Source of the DNA: a virus
DNA: 64,000 nt
Direction: 5' to 3' (one strand)
IMG/VR virus record: IMGVR_UViG_3300049822_000176
Coordinates: 1-64,000 of that record
Both the position numbers and the translations under genes were made by a program. This document shows, in pieces, positions 51,351 to 58,998 of the stretch; within the stretch, counting starts at the first letter, position 1, and every line of letters begins with the position of its first letter. Under the pieces are notes generated by a model, which was given only the letters and a program-made list of their open reading frames with translations, was not told the origin of the DNA and made no database searches.

Positions 51351-51679
51351 ACCGCACCGCCAGGGGTCTGCTCGGCGTCCGCGTTCAGCAGGGCCACCAG
51401 GTACGCGGCCACGTCCGCCGAGTAGGTGTCGAACTGCGGCCACGGGCAGCAGTCGTAGACGCCGTCCTCGTCGCGGATCGGACCGCCCGGATAGTCGTCG
51501 ATCATGTGGAGGGCGTCGCTGCGCTCACCCGCACACACGGGAGCGACACCGGTCGGGGACTCGCTGTCAGTGATGACCACCCGCCACCTCGGGTGATCGA
51601 CACCCGTGTCCTGCCGAAGGATCTTGGCGACCTCGGCACGCGCCTTCACGAGGGCCGCGTTCGTCGACTGGGCGTTCAT
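51347..51679 (-). CDS. hypothetical protein
   Basis: 110 aa ORF-track frame with an ATGA-type overlap. Confidence 0.6.
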   Translation of the reverse strand: MNAQSTNAALVKARAEVAKILRQDTGVDHPRWRVVITDSESPTGVAPVCAGERSDALHMIDDYPGGPIRDEDGVYDCCPWPQFDTYSADVAAYLVALLNADAEQTPGGAV

Positions 51680-52065
51680 GCGGTCCTCCTCGCGGGCTGC
51701 GTGGGGACCCGACGGAGCGGGTTGAACCGGCCCAACTTGTCGGCCACCCGCATCGCCTCCGTCACCAGACGGCGAGTGGTCGTCGCGTCGATCTCGATGC
51801 GGGCCGTGTCCATCGACGCCACGCCTTCCACGTCCTCCACGGCGGCGTCCAGTTCGCCCTCCGTGCGCGGGCCCTGCACCACCTCCGCGAGATAGTCGAG
51901 CCGGGCGATCACGTCGTCACGGGTGTCGGGGTCCCCCCACCCGGCGACCAGCTGCACGAGCGTGTCCGTGCGGATCTGGTCGACGCGGAGCAGGCCCTTC
52001 AGGTGATCGGGGCGAAGCTCGAAGCTGAGATCCGGGTTCGTCGACGTGGGTTCGATGCGCTTCAC
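51676..52065 (-). CDS. hypothetical protein
   Basis: 129 aa ORF-track frame. Confidence 0.6.
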   Translation of the reverse strand: MKRIEPTSTNPDLSFELRPDHLKGLLRVDQIRTDTLVQLVAGWGDPDTRDDVIARLDYLAEVVQGPRTEGELDAAVEDVEGVASMDTARIEIDATTTRRLVTEAMRVADKLGRFNPLRRVPTQPARRTA

Positions 52066-52367
52066 GAAAGCGCTCCCTTCGGGGAAGTCGTGAGGAGAAG
52101 AACGAGAGCCGCCGTGTCCCGGCAGGCATCACCCGCAGCCGTCTTCAGGCGCGGCCAAGCGAGGAGCAGCCAGCAGCCGGACGGAGTGGCCAACACCCGA
52201 TCCACCGGCCGCGACAACAGCAGCCGACGTGCGGCCGGCCGGGGGTCGAAGTCGCACGGGTCCGCGTCCACTAGCAGGAAGAACGGGACCGAGCACGCCT
52301 CGAACACCGCGACGGCCAGGCACAGCATCTGCAACCAATCCGCGAGCGACGGCGGTTGGCCGCTCAC
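52062..52367 (-). CDS. membrane protein
   Basis: 101 aa with hydrophobic segments (MLCLAVAVFEACSVPFFLLV, CWLLLAW). Confidence 0.5.
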   Translation of the reverse strand: MSGQPPSLADWLQMLCLAVAVFEACSVPFFLLVDADPCDFDPRPAARRLLLSRPVDRVLATPSGCWLLLAWPRLKTAAGDACRDTAALVLLLTTSPKGALS

Positions 52368-52819
52368 GAGGTGGCCCCATGCGCACGAACCGCGTGACGG
52401 TGAAGCTCTTCCTCCGCCGACCCGTCATCCACATGCCAGACCGACGTCTCCCAGCCGCACGTCTTGCACCGGCAGGACACCTTGGCGCTCTGCGTGTGCA
52501 CCGACCGCCAGTACGAGCCACCGCCGAACGGGTCCGTCTCCGAGGTGTAGCCGTGGCAGTCGGAGGCCTCGCACTGGTACGGGTCGAAGACCGGAGCGAA
52601 CGGACGCCACTCGTCATCCACCGGGCACCGGCACACGGCCTTACGGGCATTCCGGCGGGCCAGCATGCGGGCCTTGATCTGCGCTTCCGTCGGCCGCTCC
52701 CAGGCGTGCATGCCGCGTCCGGGCAGGTACATCCGGCCGTGAGGCCCCGGGAATCCGCACCAGCGGCAGCCGAACGGAGTCGGCGGACGACCATCAGGCC
52801 AGCGGACGTAGCCGGTCAC
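52364..52819 (-). CDS. Cys-rich hypothetical protein
   Basis: 151 aa with CRWCG and CRCKTCGW motifs. Confidence 0.6.
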   Translation of the reverse strand: MTGYVRWPDGRPPTPFGCRWCGFPGPHGRMYLPGRGMHAWERPTEAQIKARMLARRNARKAVCRCPVDDEWRPFAPVFDPYQCEASDCHGYTSETDPFGGGSYWRSVHTQSAKVSCRCKTCGWETSVWHVDDGSAEEELHRHAVRAHGATS

Positions 52820-53226
52820 AGCGCGCCACCCAGCTCGGGCAGGTCGTGACCCAGCCGATACGGGTGGTACAGCGGCGAATCATGCGGGTCCTCCAGCGAC
52901 CGGCGATCCACCCGCACCGCCTGCGACGGCGCGAGCCTTACTGTGACCCCGTCAAACTCCGACCCATCCAGCCGATGCCCCGCGCCCGGTGTCCGCCACT
53001 CCGCGCACACCTTCTCCACTGCCGCCAACACCTCGCGGTCCGGCACCTCGGGATCCGACTGCCACCGGCCCATCGCCGCCGACACCAGATCAGCGAGGAA
53101 CCCGTGCAGGTCGTGGTCCGACATCACGTGCGCCCACGGCAACGCCAGCGGCACCGGGCCTGCGGGCATCGGCAGCGCACCCAGCTCGCGCACCGCATCC
53201 TCGACCGTCTCGATCGGCTCACTCAT
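52816..53226 (-). CDS. hypothetical protein
   Basis: 136 aa ORF-track frame. Confidence 0.6.
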   Translation of the reverse strand: MSEPIETVEDAVRELGALPMPAGPVPLALPWAHVMSDHDLHGFLADLVSAAMGRWQSDPEVPDREVLAAVEKVCAEWRTPGAGHRLDGSEFDGVTVRLAPSQAVRVDRRSLEDPHDSPLYHPYRLGHDLPELGGAL

Positions 53227-53627
53227 GACCGGACCGCCTGACGGATCCAGTCCATGACCAGCTCGCCCGCCGGAACCGGCACCGACACATGCACCAGCAC
53301 CGCCGACCCGTCCTCACGCGGCTCCGTGCGCGTGTGCAGCGTCCACAACTCCACACCCTCAAACTCCGGGCTCACATGAACCTCGCCCCCGAGAGCGCGC
53401 AGCCACTCACCGAGGTCGTCGACATCCGCGACCATCACATGCACCGACCCCGCCCGCGGGATCCGCACCGGAGCCGGCAGACTCGCGCGGTCGATCAGGC
53501 AGTCAACGGTGAACGCGTTGCGGTTCTGCGCCAGCGCGCGCGCCTTCTCCGCGTCCGGCAGCGGCGCTTTCGGCAGGGTCATCACCAGCGTGGTGTGACC
53601 GGGAAGGCCAGTAGGGGTCATACTCAT
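53223..53627 (-). CDS. hypothetical protein
   Basis: 134 aa from ATG 53627 with AAGGAG RBS. Confidence 0.6.
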   Translation of the reverse strand: MSMTPTGLPGHTTLVMTLPKAPLPDAEKARALAQNRNAFTVDCLIDRASLPAPVRIPRAGSVHVMVADVDDLGEWLRALGGEVHVSPEFEGVELWTLHTRTEPREDGSAVLVHVSVPVPAGELVMDWIRQAVRS

Positions 53628-53717
53628 TGCGATCCACTCCTTGCTTTGCTTCGGTGGGTCTGGGCTCGTCACCGGGGGCGTCCGGGGCGGGCCCGCTTTC
53701 GTTCGGGCGGTGGAGTC

Positions 53718-53981
53718 TCAGCCCGTCGGGGCGAGCTCCTGCGCGTCTTCGGTCGACCACGACCGTGCGTCCGTCGCGTTCTGGGTGTGCCAGGCCTGGC
53801 ACTTCGCCAGGTCGTATCGGCGTCCCTGGCCGGCGAACGGCTCGTCCGGCATGCCGGCCTTCCGCCACTGGTCGATCTGCCAGGTGGAGACGCCGTAGTA
53901 CGTCTCGATCTCGCGCTGGGTGAGCAGGGGAACGAGCCCGGCCGGGAGGGGGACGCGGCGCTCATGCTTCGTTCGCTGCAT
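53718..53981 (-). CDS. excisionase/AlpA-like HTH protein
   Basis: 87 aa. LLTQREIETYYGVSTWQIDQWRKAGMP is an Xis-type HTH. It is the second gene of the early operon. Confidence 0.6.
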   Translation of the reverse strand: MQRTKHERRVPLPAGLVPLLTQREIETYYGVSTWQIDQWRKAGMPDEPFAGQGRRYDLAKCQAWHTQNATDARSWSTEDAQELAPTG

Positions 53982-54348
53982 CAGACCTTGACCTTTCTAC
54001 TGTTGAAGTTGAATCTGGGGGCGTGAAAAACGGGGGGTCGAAGAGGTCCTGGAGGGGGGCGTTCGTGCGCCGGTGGAGTGCTACGGCGACGACCCAGGCT
54101 GTGGTCCACTCGCAGCGGTCGCGAGCGCTCTTGCCGCGAGAGGTGAGGCGGCCGACGGTGGAGGCGCTGACGCCTTTGCCGTCGGGGTCCACGTCCTTCG
54201 TCGCCTCGGCGAGTTCCTCGATGGTGAGGTGGGCTCGGTCCATGGCTTCTCTGAGTGGCTTGCCTTCGCCCTTGCGGGTGAGTTTCGGCATGTGTTCCCC
54301 GTACCAGGTGGTGGTGGGTTCGTCCCGTTCTCCGAGGCGATGAAACAT
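53962..54348 (-). CDS. Cro-like HTH regulator (first early gene)
   Basis: 128 aa (alternative start ATG 54291). LTIEELAEATKDVDPDGKGVSASTVGRL is the HTH. It is divergent from the repressor gene, and an operator repeat abuts ATG 54348. Confidence 0.6.
   Translation of the reverse strand: MFHRLGERDEPTTTWYGEHMPKLTRKGEGKPLREAMDRAHLTIEELAEATKDVDPDGKGVSASTVGRLTSRGKSARDRCEWTTAWVVAVALHRRTNAPLQDLFDPPFFTPPDSTSTVERSRSDAANEA
53995..54015. promoter_or_regulatory. operator repeat O1 (TTCTACTGTTGAAGTTGAATC)
   Basis: A 21-bp direct repeat of 54349..54369 (19 of 21 identical). It lies 14 nt upstream of ATG 53981, inside the 3' end of the Cro-like gene. Confidence 0.5.
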
Positions 54349-54369
54349 TTCTACAGTTGAAGTTGAACC
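54349..54369. promoter_or_regulatory. operator repeat O2 (TTCTACAGTTGAAGTTGAACC)
   Basis: It lies immediately upstream of ATG 54348. Confidence 0.55.
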
Positions 54370-54373
54370 CTGT

Positions 54374-54413
54374 CAACGGGAAGTGCCGAGAAGTACTGAG
54401 AAGCTTCCCGTTG
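54374..54413. promoter_or_regulatory. 10-bp inverted repeat (CAACGGGAAG/CTTCCCGTTG) with 20-nt loop
   Basis: Read directly in the switch region. The loop holds a GAGAAG direct repeat. Confidence 0.4.
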
Positions 54414-54508
54414 GTGATGGCTGAGCGTAGGGTCTCCGGTGCGGGTAGTGAACCGCATATGCCACTACGCGTAACGCCGCCGTCGCGCGCCGCACACCTT
54501 TGCGCCAC

Positions 54509-54539
54509 GCTTCTACTTTCGCTTGCTTAAAGTAGAAGC
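54509..54539. promoter_or_regulatory. palindromic operator (GCTTCTACTTT-N9-AAAGTAGAAGC) at the repressor gene start
   Basis: An 11-bp perfect inverted repeat sharing the TTCTAC core with O1 and O2. Confidence 0.55.
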
Positions 54540-54927
54540 GGCAGGGCAGTCTAGGCGCGTGGAGACCGAAGGTAACCCCCCAGTCGAGGACTTCGCGCAG
54601 GCGCTCGCTGCCCTCAAGGACGAATACGGGGTCAACGACAGCGACATCGCGAAGGCCGTCGGCGTCTCCTCGGCAGCCGTCGGCACCTGGGTGCACCGGC
54701 AGAAGAAGCCCCGCCGCGCCTCGGTCGTCGCCCTCGCGAAGGCCTTCCCGAAGTTCACCGAGGACCGCCTGTTCAGCGCGCTCGGCCGGGAGACTCCCGG
54801 CCCCATCAGCGCCAGCAGGGAAGAGGCCCTCTTCGAGCTGTTCCGTGAACTGACCGTGGAGCAGCAGGAGATGAAAGAGATCGAGATGCGCGCGCTCGCG
54901 GAGCGCAACCGTTCCAAGTTCTCGTGA
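54523..54927 (+). CDS. CI-like XRE-family repressor
   Basis: 134 aa from TTG 54523, or GTG 54559. DSDIAKAVGVSSAAVGTWVHRQKKP is the HTH. It is divergent from the Cro-like gene and upstream of the integrase. Confidence 0.7.
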   Translation: MLKVEAAGQSRRVETEGNPPVEDFAQALAALKDEYGVNDSDIAKAVGVSSAAVGTWVHRQKKPRRASVVALAKAFPKFTEDRLFSALGRETPGPISASREEALFELFRELTVEQQEMKEIEMRALAERNRSKFS

Positions 54928-55089
54928 GTCTCCGTTAGACCGCCTATCTCACTCCAAGTGAGATCGCGGCAACCATTTGTTCAACATCGGTCGCATATAT
55001 CTCCGCATGGGGGTACGGTCGTCCCCACGGCCGATGCCCTCCCCCTCGGCCGCAGGAACCCGCCCAGCCTGCGATTCCGGGGGTCACGC

Positions 55090-55335
55090 ATGTGCGTCCG
55101 CATCCGCTTCACAGCCCACTCCACTGCGCCGATCTACGACGGCGCTGGGCTGATCACCCTTCCTGCATCCATCGCCACTTCACGCAGGGTCACCGCCGTC
55201 CGTGCGGTTCTCTCTGAACTTCACGTCATTCAACCCGAGTTGGGTGCAGTCTGCTGGTGCGGGGAGACGATTCTTCTCCTCCCCGCAGTACCTCAGCAGC
55301 GAAGGAGCGAGCAGGTGGTGAAGCATGGGGCGTAG
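55090..55335 (+). CDS. small hypothetical protein overlapping the integrase start
   Basis: 81 aa from ATG 55090 (MCVRIRFTAHSTAPIYDG...). Its end overlaps the integrase ATG by 11 nt. Confidence 0.4.
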   Translation: MCVRIRFTAHSTAPIYDGAGLITLPASIATSRRVTAVRAVLSELHVIQPELGAVCWCGETILLLPAVPQQRRSEQVVKHGA

Positions 55336-56611
55336 CGCCTCGAACAATCCGCGGCAGATCCGCGTGAAGACATGCGGATGCCAGGACTGCATGACCACAT
55401 ACCCGCCCGAGAACGGGAACCCCGAGCGTCGCCGACGCCGGGACTGCGCCGGTCCGTGGCAGGCCCGATACCGGGACCCGTCAGGGAAGCAGAAAGCGAA
55501 GAACTTCCCCATCGCAGCCGGCGGGAAGAAGGCGGCCGAGGCGTTCCTCGACAAGACGCGGACGAAGGTTCGCGAGCGGACGTATGGGGACCCCAAGCGC
55601 GGCGAGATCACTCTCGCCGACTGGTGGGAGAAGTGGTGGGAAGCCCAGCCCGATCGGGCCGTCACGACGACGAACAGGAAGCTGTCCAACTGGAACGCCC
55701 ACATCAAGCCCAAGTGGGGCCAGTGGCGGCTGTGCGACCTGGAGTACATCGAGCTCCAGGCGTGGCTCACGAAGGAGGTGAAGGGCTATCACACCCGGAA
55801 GAAGGTGTGCGAGGTCCTCAACCAGATGCTGCGGGCCGCGGTGAAGGACGGCCGACGTATCCCCTTCAACCCGGCCGCAGACCTCGAGGTCGGCGAGGCT
55901 CCGGCCAAGCACCCAGATGATTTGCGGCCGCCGACGCGTGAGCAGGTCGCGCTCATCGTGGAGCAGTTGCCGATGTACTACCGGCCGTTGGTGGTGTTCC
56001 TGGAGAACACGGGGATGCGGTGGGGTGAGGCGACGGGGCTTCGGTGGGAGAACGTGGACCTCGAGGCTCAGCACCTCAAGGTGAAGGAAGTGCTCAGCGA
56101 GGACGACGGGAAGTTGTTCCGGAAGGCGGCGCCCAAGAGCGTGGCCGGTTTCCGGACTGTGCCGGTGACGCCTCAAGCGGCCGACGCGGTGCGGACGATG
56201 GCGGCTCGGTGGCGGCCGGCGGAGTCGGTGACGCCCATCGGCGATGACCCCTACGATCTGGTGCCGGCCGAGCTGGTGTTCCGGGGGCCGCAGGGCGGCG
56301 TGCTGACGCGGCACAACTTTCGTCGTGTGTGGGTGCCGGCCATTCAGGAGGCGGGCCTGGCACGGCAGGTGAAGAACCCGGAGACGGGTCGTATGGAGTG
56401 GTGGCCGCGGGTGCACGACTTGAGGCATGTGTTTGCGACGTGGTTGAAGGATCTGGGGATTCCGGAGAAGGATGCGCAGGCGGTCATGGGTCATGAGCGT
56501 GGGTCGAAGGTGACGTGGATTTACCAGCATGCGCCGGAGGATGTGGCGGCGAAGGTGCGGGCTCGGATGGCGCCGGAGTCGGAGGGTGTTCGAGTGCTGA
56601 GGGCGGTGTGA
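55325..56611 (+). CDS. int: tyrosine integrase
   Basis: 428 aa. It has an N-terminal SAM-like domain and the C-terminal motifs ...GMRWGEATGLRWENVDL..., HDLRHVFATWL and MGHERGSKVTWIYQH (R..HxxR..Y). Confidence 0.85.
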   Translation: MGRSASNNPRQIRVKTCGCQDCMTTYPPENGNPERRRRRDCAGPWQARYRDPSGKQKAKNFPIAAGGKKAAEAFLDKTRTKVRERTYGDPKRGEITLADWWEKWWEAQPDRAVTTTNRKLSNWNAHIKPKWGQWRLCDLEYIELQAWLTKEVKGYHTRKKVCEVLNQMLRAAVKDGRRIPFNPAADLEVGEAPAKHPDDLRPPTREQVALIVEQLPMYYRPLVVFLENTGMRWGEATGLRWENVDLEAQHLKVKEVLSEDDGKLFRKAAPKSVAGFRTVPVTPQAADAVRTMAARWRPAESVTPIGDDPYDLVPAELVFRGPQGGVLTRHNFRRVWVPAIQEAGLARQVKNPETGRMEWWPRVHDLRHVFATWLKDLGIPEKDAQAVMGHERGSKVTWIYQHAPEDVAAKVRARMAPESEGVRVLRAV

Positions 56612-56617
56612 CGGGGT

Positions 56618-56648
56618 GGAGTCCACGCGGAGTCCACATGGAGTCCAC
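56618..56648 (+). repeat. three direct GGAGTCCAC repeats at 11-nt phasing (arm-type integrase sites, int-proximal arm)
   Basis: Copies start at 56618, 56629 and 56640, read directly. Confidence 0.7.
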
Positions 56649-56676
56649 AACGCCCCCTTGAAGGTTCGGGGGCGTT
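56649..56676 (+). terminator. hairpin after integrase (AACGCCCCC / GGGGGCGTT)
   Basis: 9-bp stem with a 10-nt loop, followed by CTCGTTGCTT. Confidence 0.5.
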
Positions 56677-56762
56677 CTCGTTGCTTCCTGTTTCCGCAGG
56701 TCAGGGGAACTCTCGGAAGTTCGCGTAACTCCTCGGAAGTTCGTGACTGTCGGTCACGTTCT

Positions 56763-56804
56763 CTCCTAAAGCGGGTGTCGCAGGTTCGAATCCTGCCGGG
56801 GGCA
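56763..56804 (+). other. attP core: 3' half of a tRNA-Arg(CCU)-like sequence (not a complete tRNA)
   Basis: ctCCTaa-agcgg-gtgtc-gcagg-ttcgaat-cctgc-cgggggc-a. In order these are the anticodon loop, 3' anticodon stem, variable loop, T arm, 3' acceptor strand and discriminator. No matching 5' half (GCCCCCG...) lies upstream. Confidence 0.7.
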
Positions 56805-56833
56805 CAGCTTGCATAGCGGGTCAGAGTGGGTGC

Positions 56834-56864
56834 AGGCCCCTCGTTCTATTCGAACGGGGGGCCT
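56834..56864. terminator. hairpin in attP distal arm (AGGCCCC-T-CGTTC...GAACG-G-GGGGCCT)
   Basis: Read directly. It could equally be a protein-bending or binding site. Confidence 0.35.
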
Positions 56865-56875
56865 GTTCCATGATC

Positions 56876-56895
56876 AGAGTCCACATGGAGTCCAC
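56876..56895 (+). repeat. two direct (A/G)GAGTCCAC repeats at 11-nt phasing (distal arm)
   Basis: Copies start at 56876 and 56887. GAGTCCACATGGAGTCCACA is identical to 56630..56649. Confidence 0.7.
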
Positions 56896-57065
56896 ACACC
56901 CACGTGATCTTTCTGCAGCTCACCCATACGAGGGACTGGACTGCGTTCAAACAGCACGTAGAGTGGCCCGCACGAGAGGGGCAGGCGTGCTCCCCACACG
57001 CGCCTGAGACGTGCTTCTCGTAGGCCTGCACGGTGCCCCTGGGGAGGACGGCCCGGCAGGCAGAG

Positions 57066-57094
57066 GGCCCCCATCGGTGATATCGGTGGGGGCC
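57066..57094 (+). terminator. stem-loop GGCCCCCA...TGGGGGCC followed by TTCTTG
   Basis: 8-bp stem with a 13-nt loop, in the ORF-free region. Confidence 0.4.
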
Positions 57095-57113
57095 TTCTTG
57101 CGTACAAGGTAGA

Positions 57114-57143
57114 CCGCCCCGACACCTGATGGTGTCGGGGCGG
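57114..57143. terminator. 13-bp perfect hairpin CCGCCCCGACACC-TGAT-GGTGTCGGGGCGG
   Basis: Read directly in the ORF-free region. Confidence 0.5.
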
Positions 57144-57303
57144 GACGCTTTGACCGAGTCTTAGCGTCTAACGGCCGAAGGGCGGAGACGTGTACGCCCG
57201 CCGGCCGCTTCGGTCCCGCGCGGCCTGCATCACCCGATCCGGCGCGCGGCGTCTGTCCAGTTAACCTCAGCCAAGATCATTAAATTTGCCTGGCTGGTGG
57301 GGT

Positions 57304-57349
57304 GAGCGGCCTGCCGTCGGCAACGGGGAGCCGATACGGCAGGCCGCTC
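57304..57349 (-). terminator. 14-bp perfect hairpin downstream of the 57391..57848 operon
   Basis: GAGCGGCCTGCCGT...ACGGCAGGCCGCTC with an 18-nt loop. An A/T-rich tract follows on the minus strand. Confidence 0.55.
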
Positions 57350-57390
57350 GTGCCCGGGGCCCGCAACAGGGGGGTGCGGGGGCCGGGCAG

Positions 57391-57534
57391 TCAGTGGGGT
57401 ATTGGTGCCGGTTTCGGCTGGCGCGGGGTCTGGTGGTAGTAGACGGTGGGGCGGGCTCCGGACATCGAGTCGGGGATGACCGTCTCGTAGGGCTCGCCGG
57501 GCTGGATCGGCTTGCCGCAGCGGGCGCAGATCAT
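57391..57534 (-). CDS. small zinc-ribbon-like protein (47 aa)
   Basis: ATG 57534 in an ATGA overlap: MICARCGKPIQPGEPYETVIPDS... Confidence 0.45.
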   Translation of the reverse strand: MICARCGKPIQPGEPYETVIPDSMSGARPTVYYHQTPRQPKPAPIPH

Positions 57535-57848
57535 CGGTACTCCCGCATCAAAGCGCGGAGTGCGACGCCGGTTTCGCAGCGGTCGACGTCGTCGACGCAC
57601 GGTTCGCATGTGGGCGCGTGGTCCATCAGGGTGAGGTAGGCCTGCTGGTGGACGCACTTGCGGCAGGCGCGGGGGAATGCGGTGATGCCGTCGGTGCGGC
57701 GTTCCCCGAGGTTTACGGCGGTCGCTGTGTCGAGGATGGTCTCGCACCACACGCAGGTCGCGCCGCGTACCTGGGACGCGAGCAGTCCGCTGAGGGTGGG
57801 CAGGTCCAGTAGGGCTAGTGCGGTCATCTGTTCGGTGTTCATGGGCAT
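57531..57848 (-). CDS. Cys-rich hypothetical protein
   Basis: 105 aa from ATG 57848 with GGAGAA RBS (MPMNTEQMTALALLD...), with CVWCE, CRKC and CEPC motifs. Confidence 0.55.
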   Translation of the reverse strand: MPMNTEQMTALALLDLPTLSGLLASQVRGATCVWCETILDTATAVNLGERRTDGITAFPRACRKCVHQQAYLTLMDHAPTCEPCVDDVDRCETGVALRALMREYR

Positions 57849-57927
57849 CGTCGCTTTCTCCGACCCGACTCGGTGAAGGACCACCATCCTGTGGCGTGCA
57901 ATTGCGCGAAGGCCATGTAACGGCTAC

Positions 57928-58998
57928 ATGGCGTGGGCGTATGGTCGCTCCATGAGTCGTCGGGAACTCTGGGCGGACGGCCGCCTGCGTGCAGCGTGGG
58001 CAGGCCGTGACTGGCCCACGCTCATCCGCCGGTACCGGGCCCTGGCGGGCATCTCACAGCAGCGCTTCGGTGAACTGGTGGGGATGGACCAGGGCTACGT
58101 GTCACGCCTCGAGCACGGGCGGGCGCGGGTGACCAGTGAAACGGTCGTCGCCCGGTTCGTGGAAGGACTCGGCGTGCCAGGAGAACTCGGCGGCGTGCGC
58201 ACCACAGACGGCGGGCAGGAGTGGGGGCCGGGGGCGGAGCTTCGGGAGCGGATCGCTCACGCTCACACCAGCGGCCGCACCGACCTGCGGACCGCGGAAT
58301 GGATCGGCCGGGTCCTCGCCGAACACCGGCGCGCGGAGGATGAGGTCGGCGGGCGGGCACTGTGGCCCATCGTCCGTTCCCAGTTGGACACGGTCACCCA
58401 GCTCATCCCCCACGCCGCCGGTGAGACCGCGGACCGGCTCATGCTGCTCGCCGCCGAGCACGCGCACTGGCTGTCGTGGGTGGCGTGGCAGGAGTCGAAG
58501 CGCGGGCCGGCGCTCGCGTGGATTGATCTCGCGCACGGGTGGGCTGTCGATGGGGGGCATGCGGATATGGCGTCGTGGGCGCAGCGGGTGCGTGCTCACT
58601 ACAGCCTCACGGGTGGGGATCCGGTGCGCGCCCTGCGGACGGCGGAGGCTGCACGGTATGTGGGGTCGCGTCCGTTGTCGCCTGCGGCGGAGTCTGTCGC
58701 GGTGCATCAGGCGGCGATGGCTGCTGCGGCGTGTTCGGAGCGGGGCCTGGCGAAGCGGTGGGCGGACGAGGCGCACGAGTTGGCGTTGCGGGTTCCCGCG
58801 GTGGAGGAGCGGCCGGGTTGGCTGTACTGGCTGGATCCGGCGCGGGCAGCGCTGCAGCGGGCGGACGCCTCGTATGCGTGCCGGGATTGGGCGGATGCTG
58901 CGGCCCGGTTTGAGGCGGTGTTGCCTGCGCTGGCCGGGTATCCGCGGGATCACGCCTATTTTCAGGCCCGGTTTGAGGATGCCCGGCAGCGGGCTTAG
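57928..58998 (+). CDS. XRE-family HTH regulator with long helical-repeat (TPR-like) C-terminal domain
   Basis: 356 aa (alternative start ATG 57952). LAGISQQRFGELVGMDQGYVSRLEHGR is the HTH. About 230 aa of Ala/Trp/Arg-rich helical repeats follow. Confidence 0.7.
   Translation: MAWAYGRSMSRRELWADGRLRAAWAGRDWPTLIRRYRALAGISQQRFGELVGMDQGYVSRLEHGRARVTSETVVARFVEGLGVPGELGGVRTTDGGQEWGPGAELRERIAHAHTSGRTDLRTAEWIGRVLAEHRRAEDEVGGRALWPIVRSQLDTVTQLIPHAAGETADRLMLLAAEHAHWLSWVAWQESKRGPALAWIDLAHGWAVDGGHADMASWAQRVRAHYSLTGGDPVRALRTAEAARYVGSRPLSPAAESVAVHQAAMAAAACSERGLAKRWADEAHELALRVPAVEERPGWLYWLDPARAALQRADASYACRDWADAAARFEAVLPALAGYPRDHAYFQARFEDARQRA

Noticed and set aside
56763-56804. A tRNA gene
   Set aside because: Only the 3' half (anticodon loop to discriminator) is present. 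No complementary 5' acceptor strand, D arm or 5' anticodon stem lies upstream, so it is an att core and not a functional tRNA.
56618-56895. Short direct repeats as a CRISPR array
   Set aside because: The repeats are 9-mers with 2-nt spacers at 11-nt phasing, split into two groups around the att core. This is arm-type recombinase site geometry, not repeat-spacer architecture.
56846-57031. 61-aa minus-strand ORF in the att-distal region
   Set aside because: It has no RBS, odd composition (C/H/W-rich), and overlaps the arm repeats and hairpins. It is most likely non-coding.
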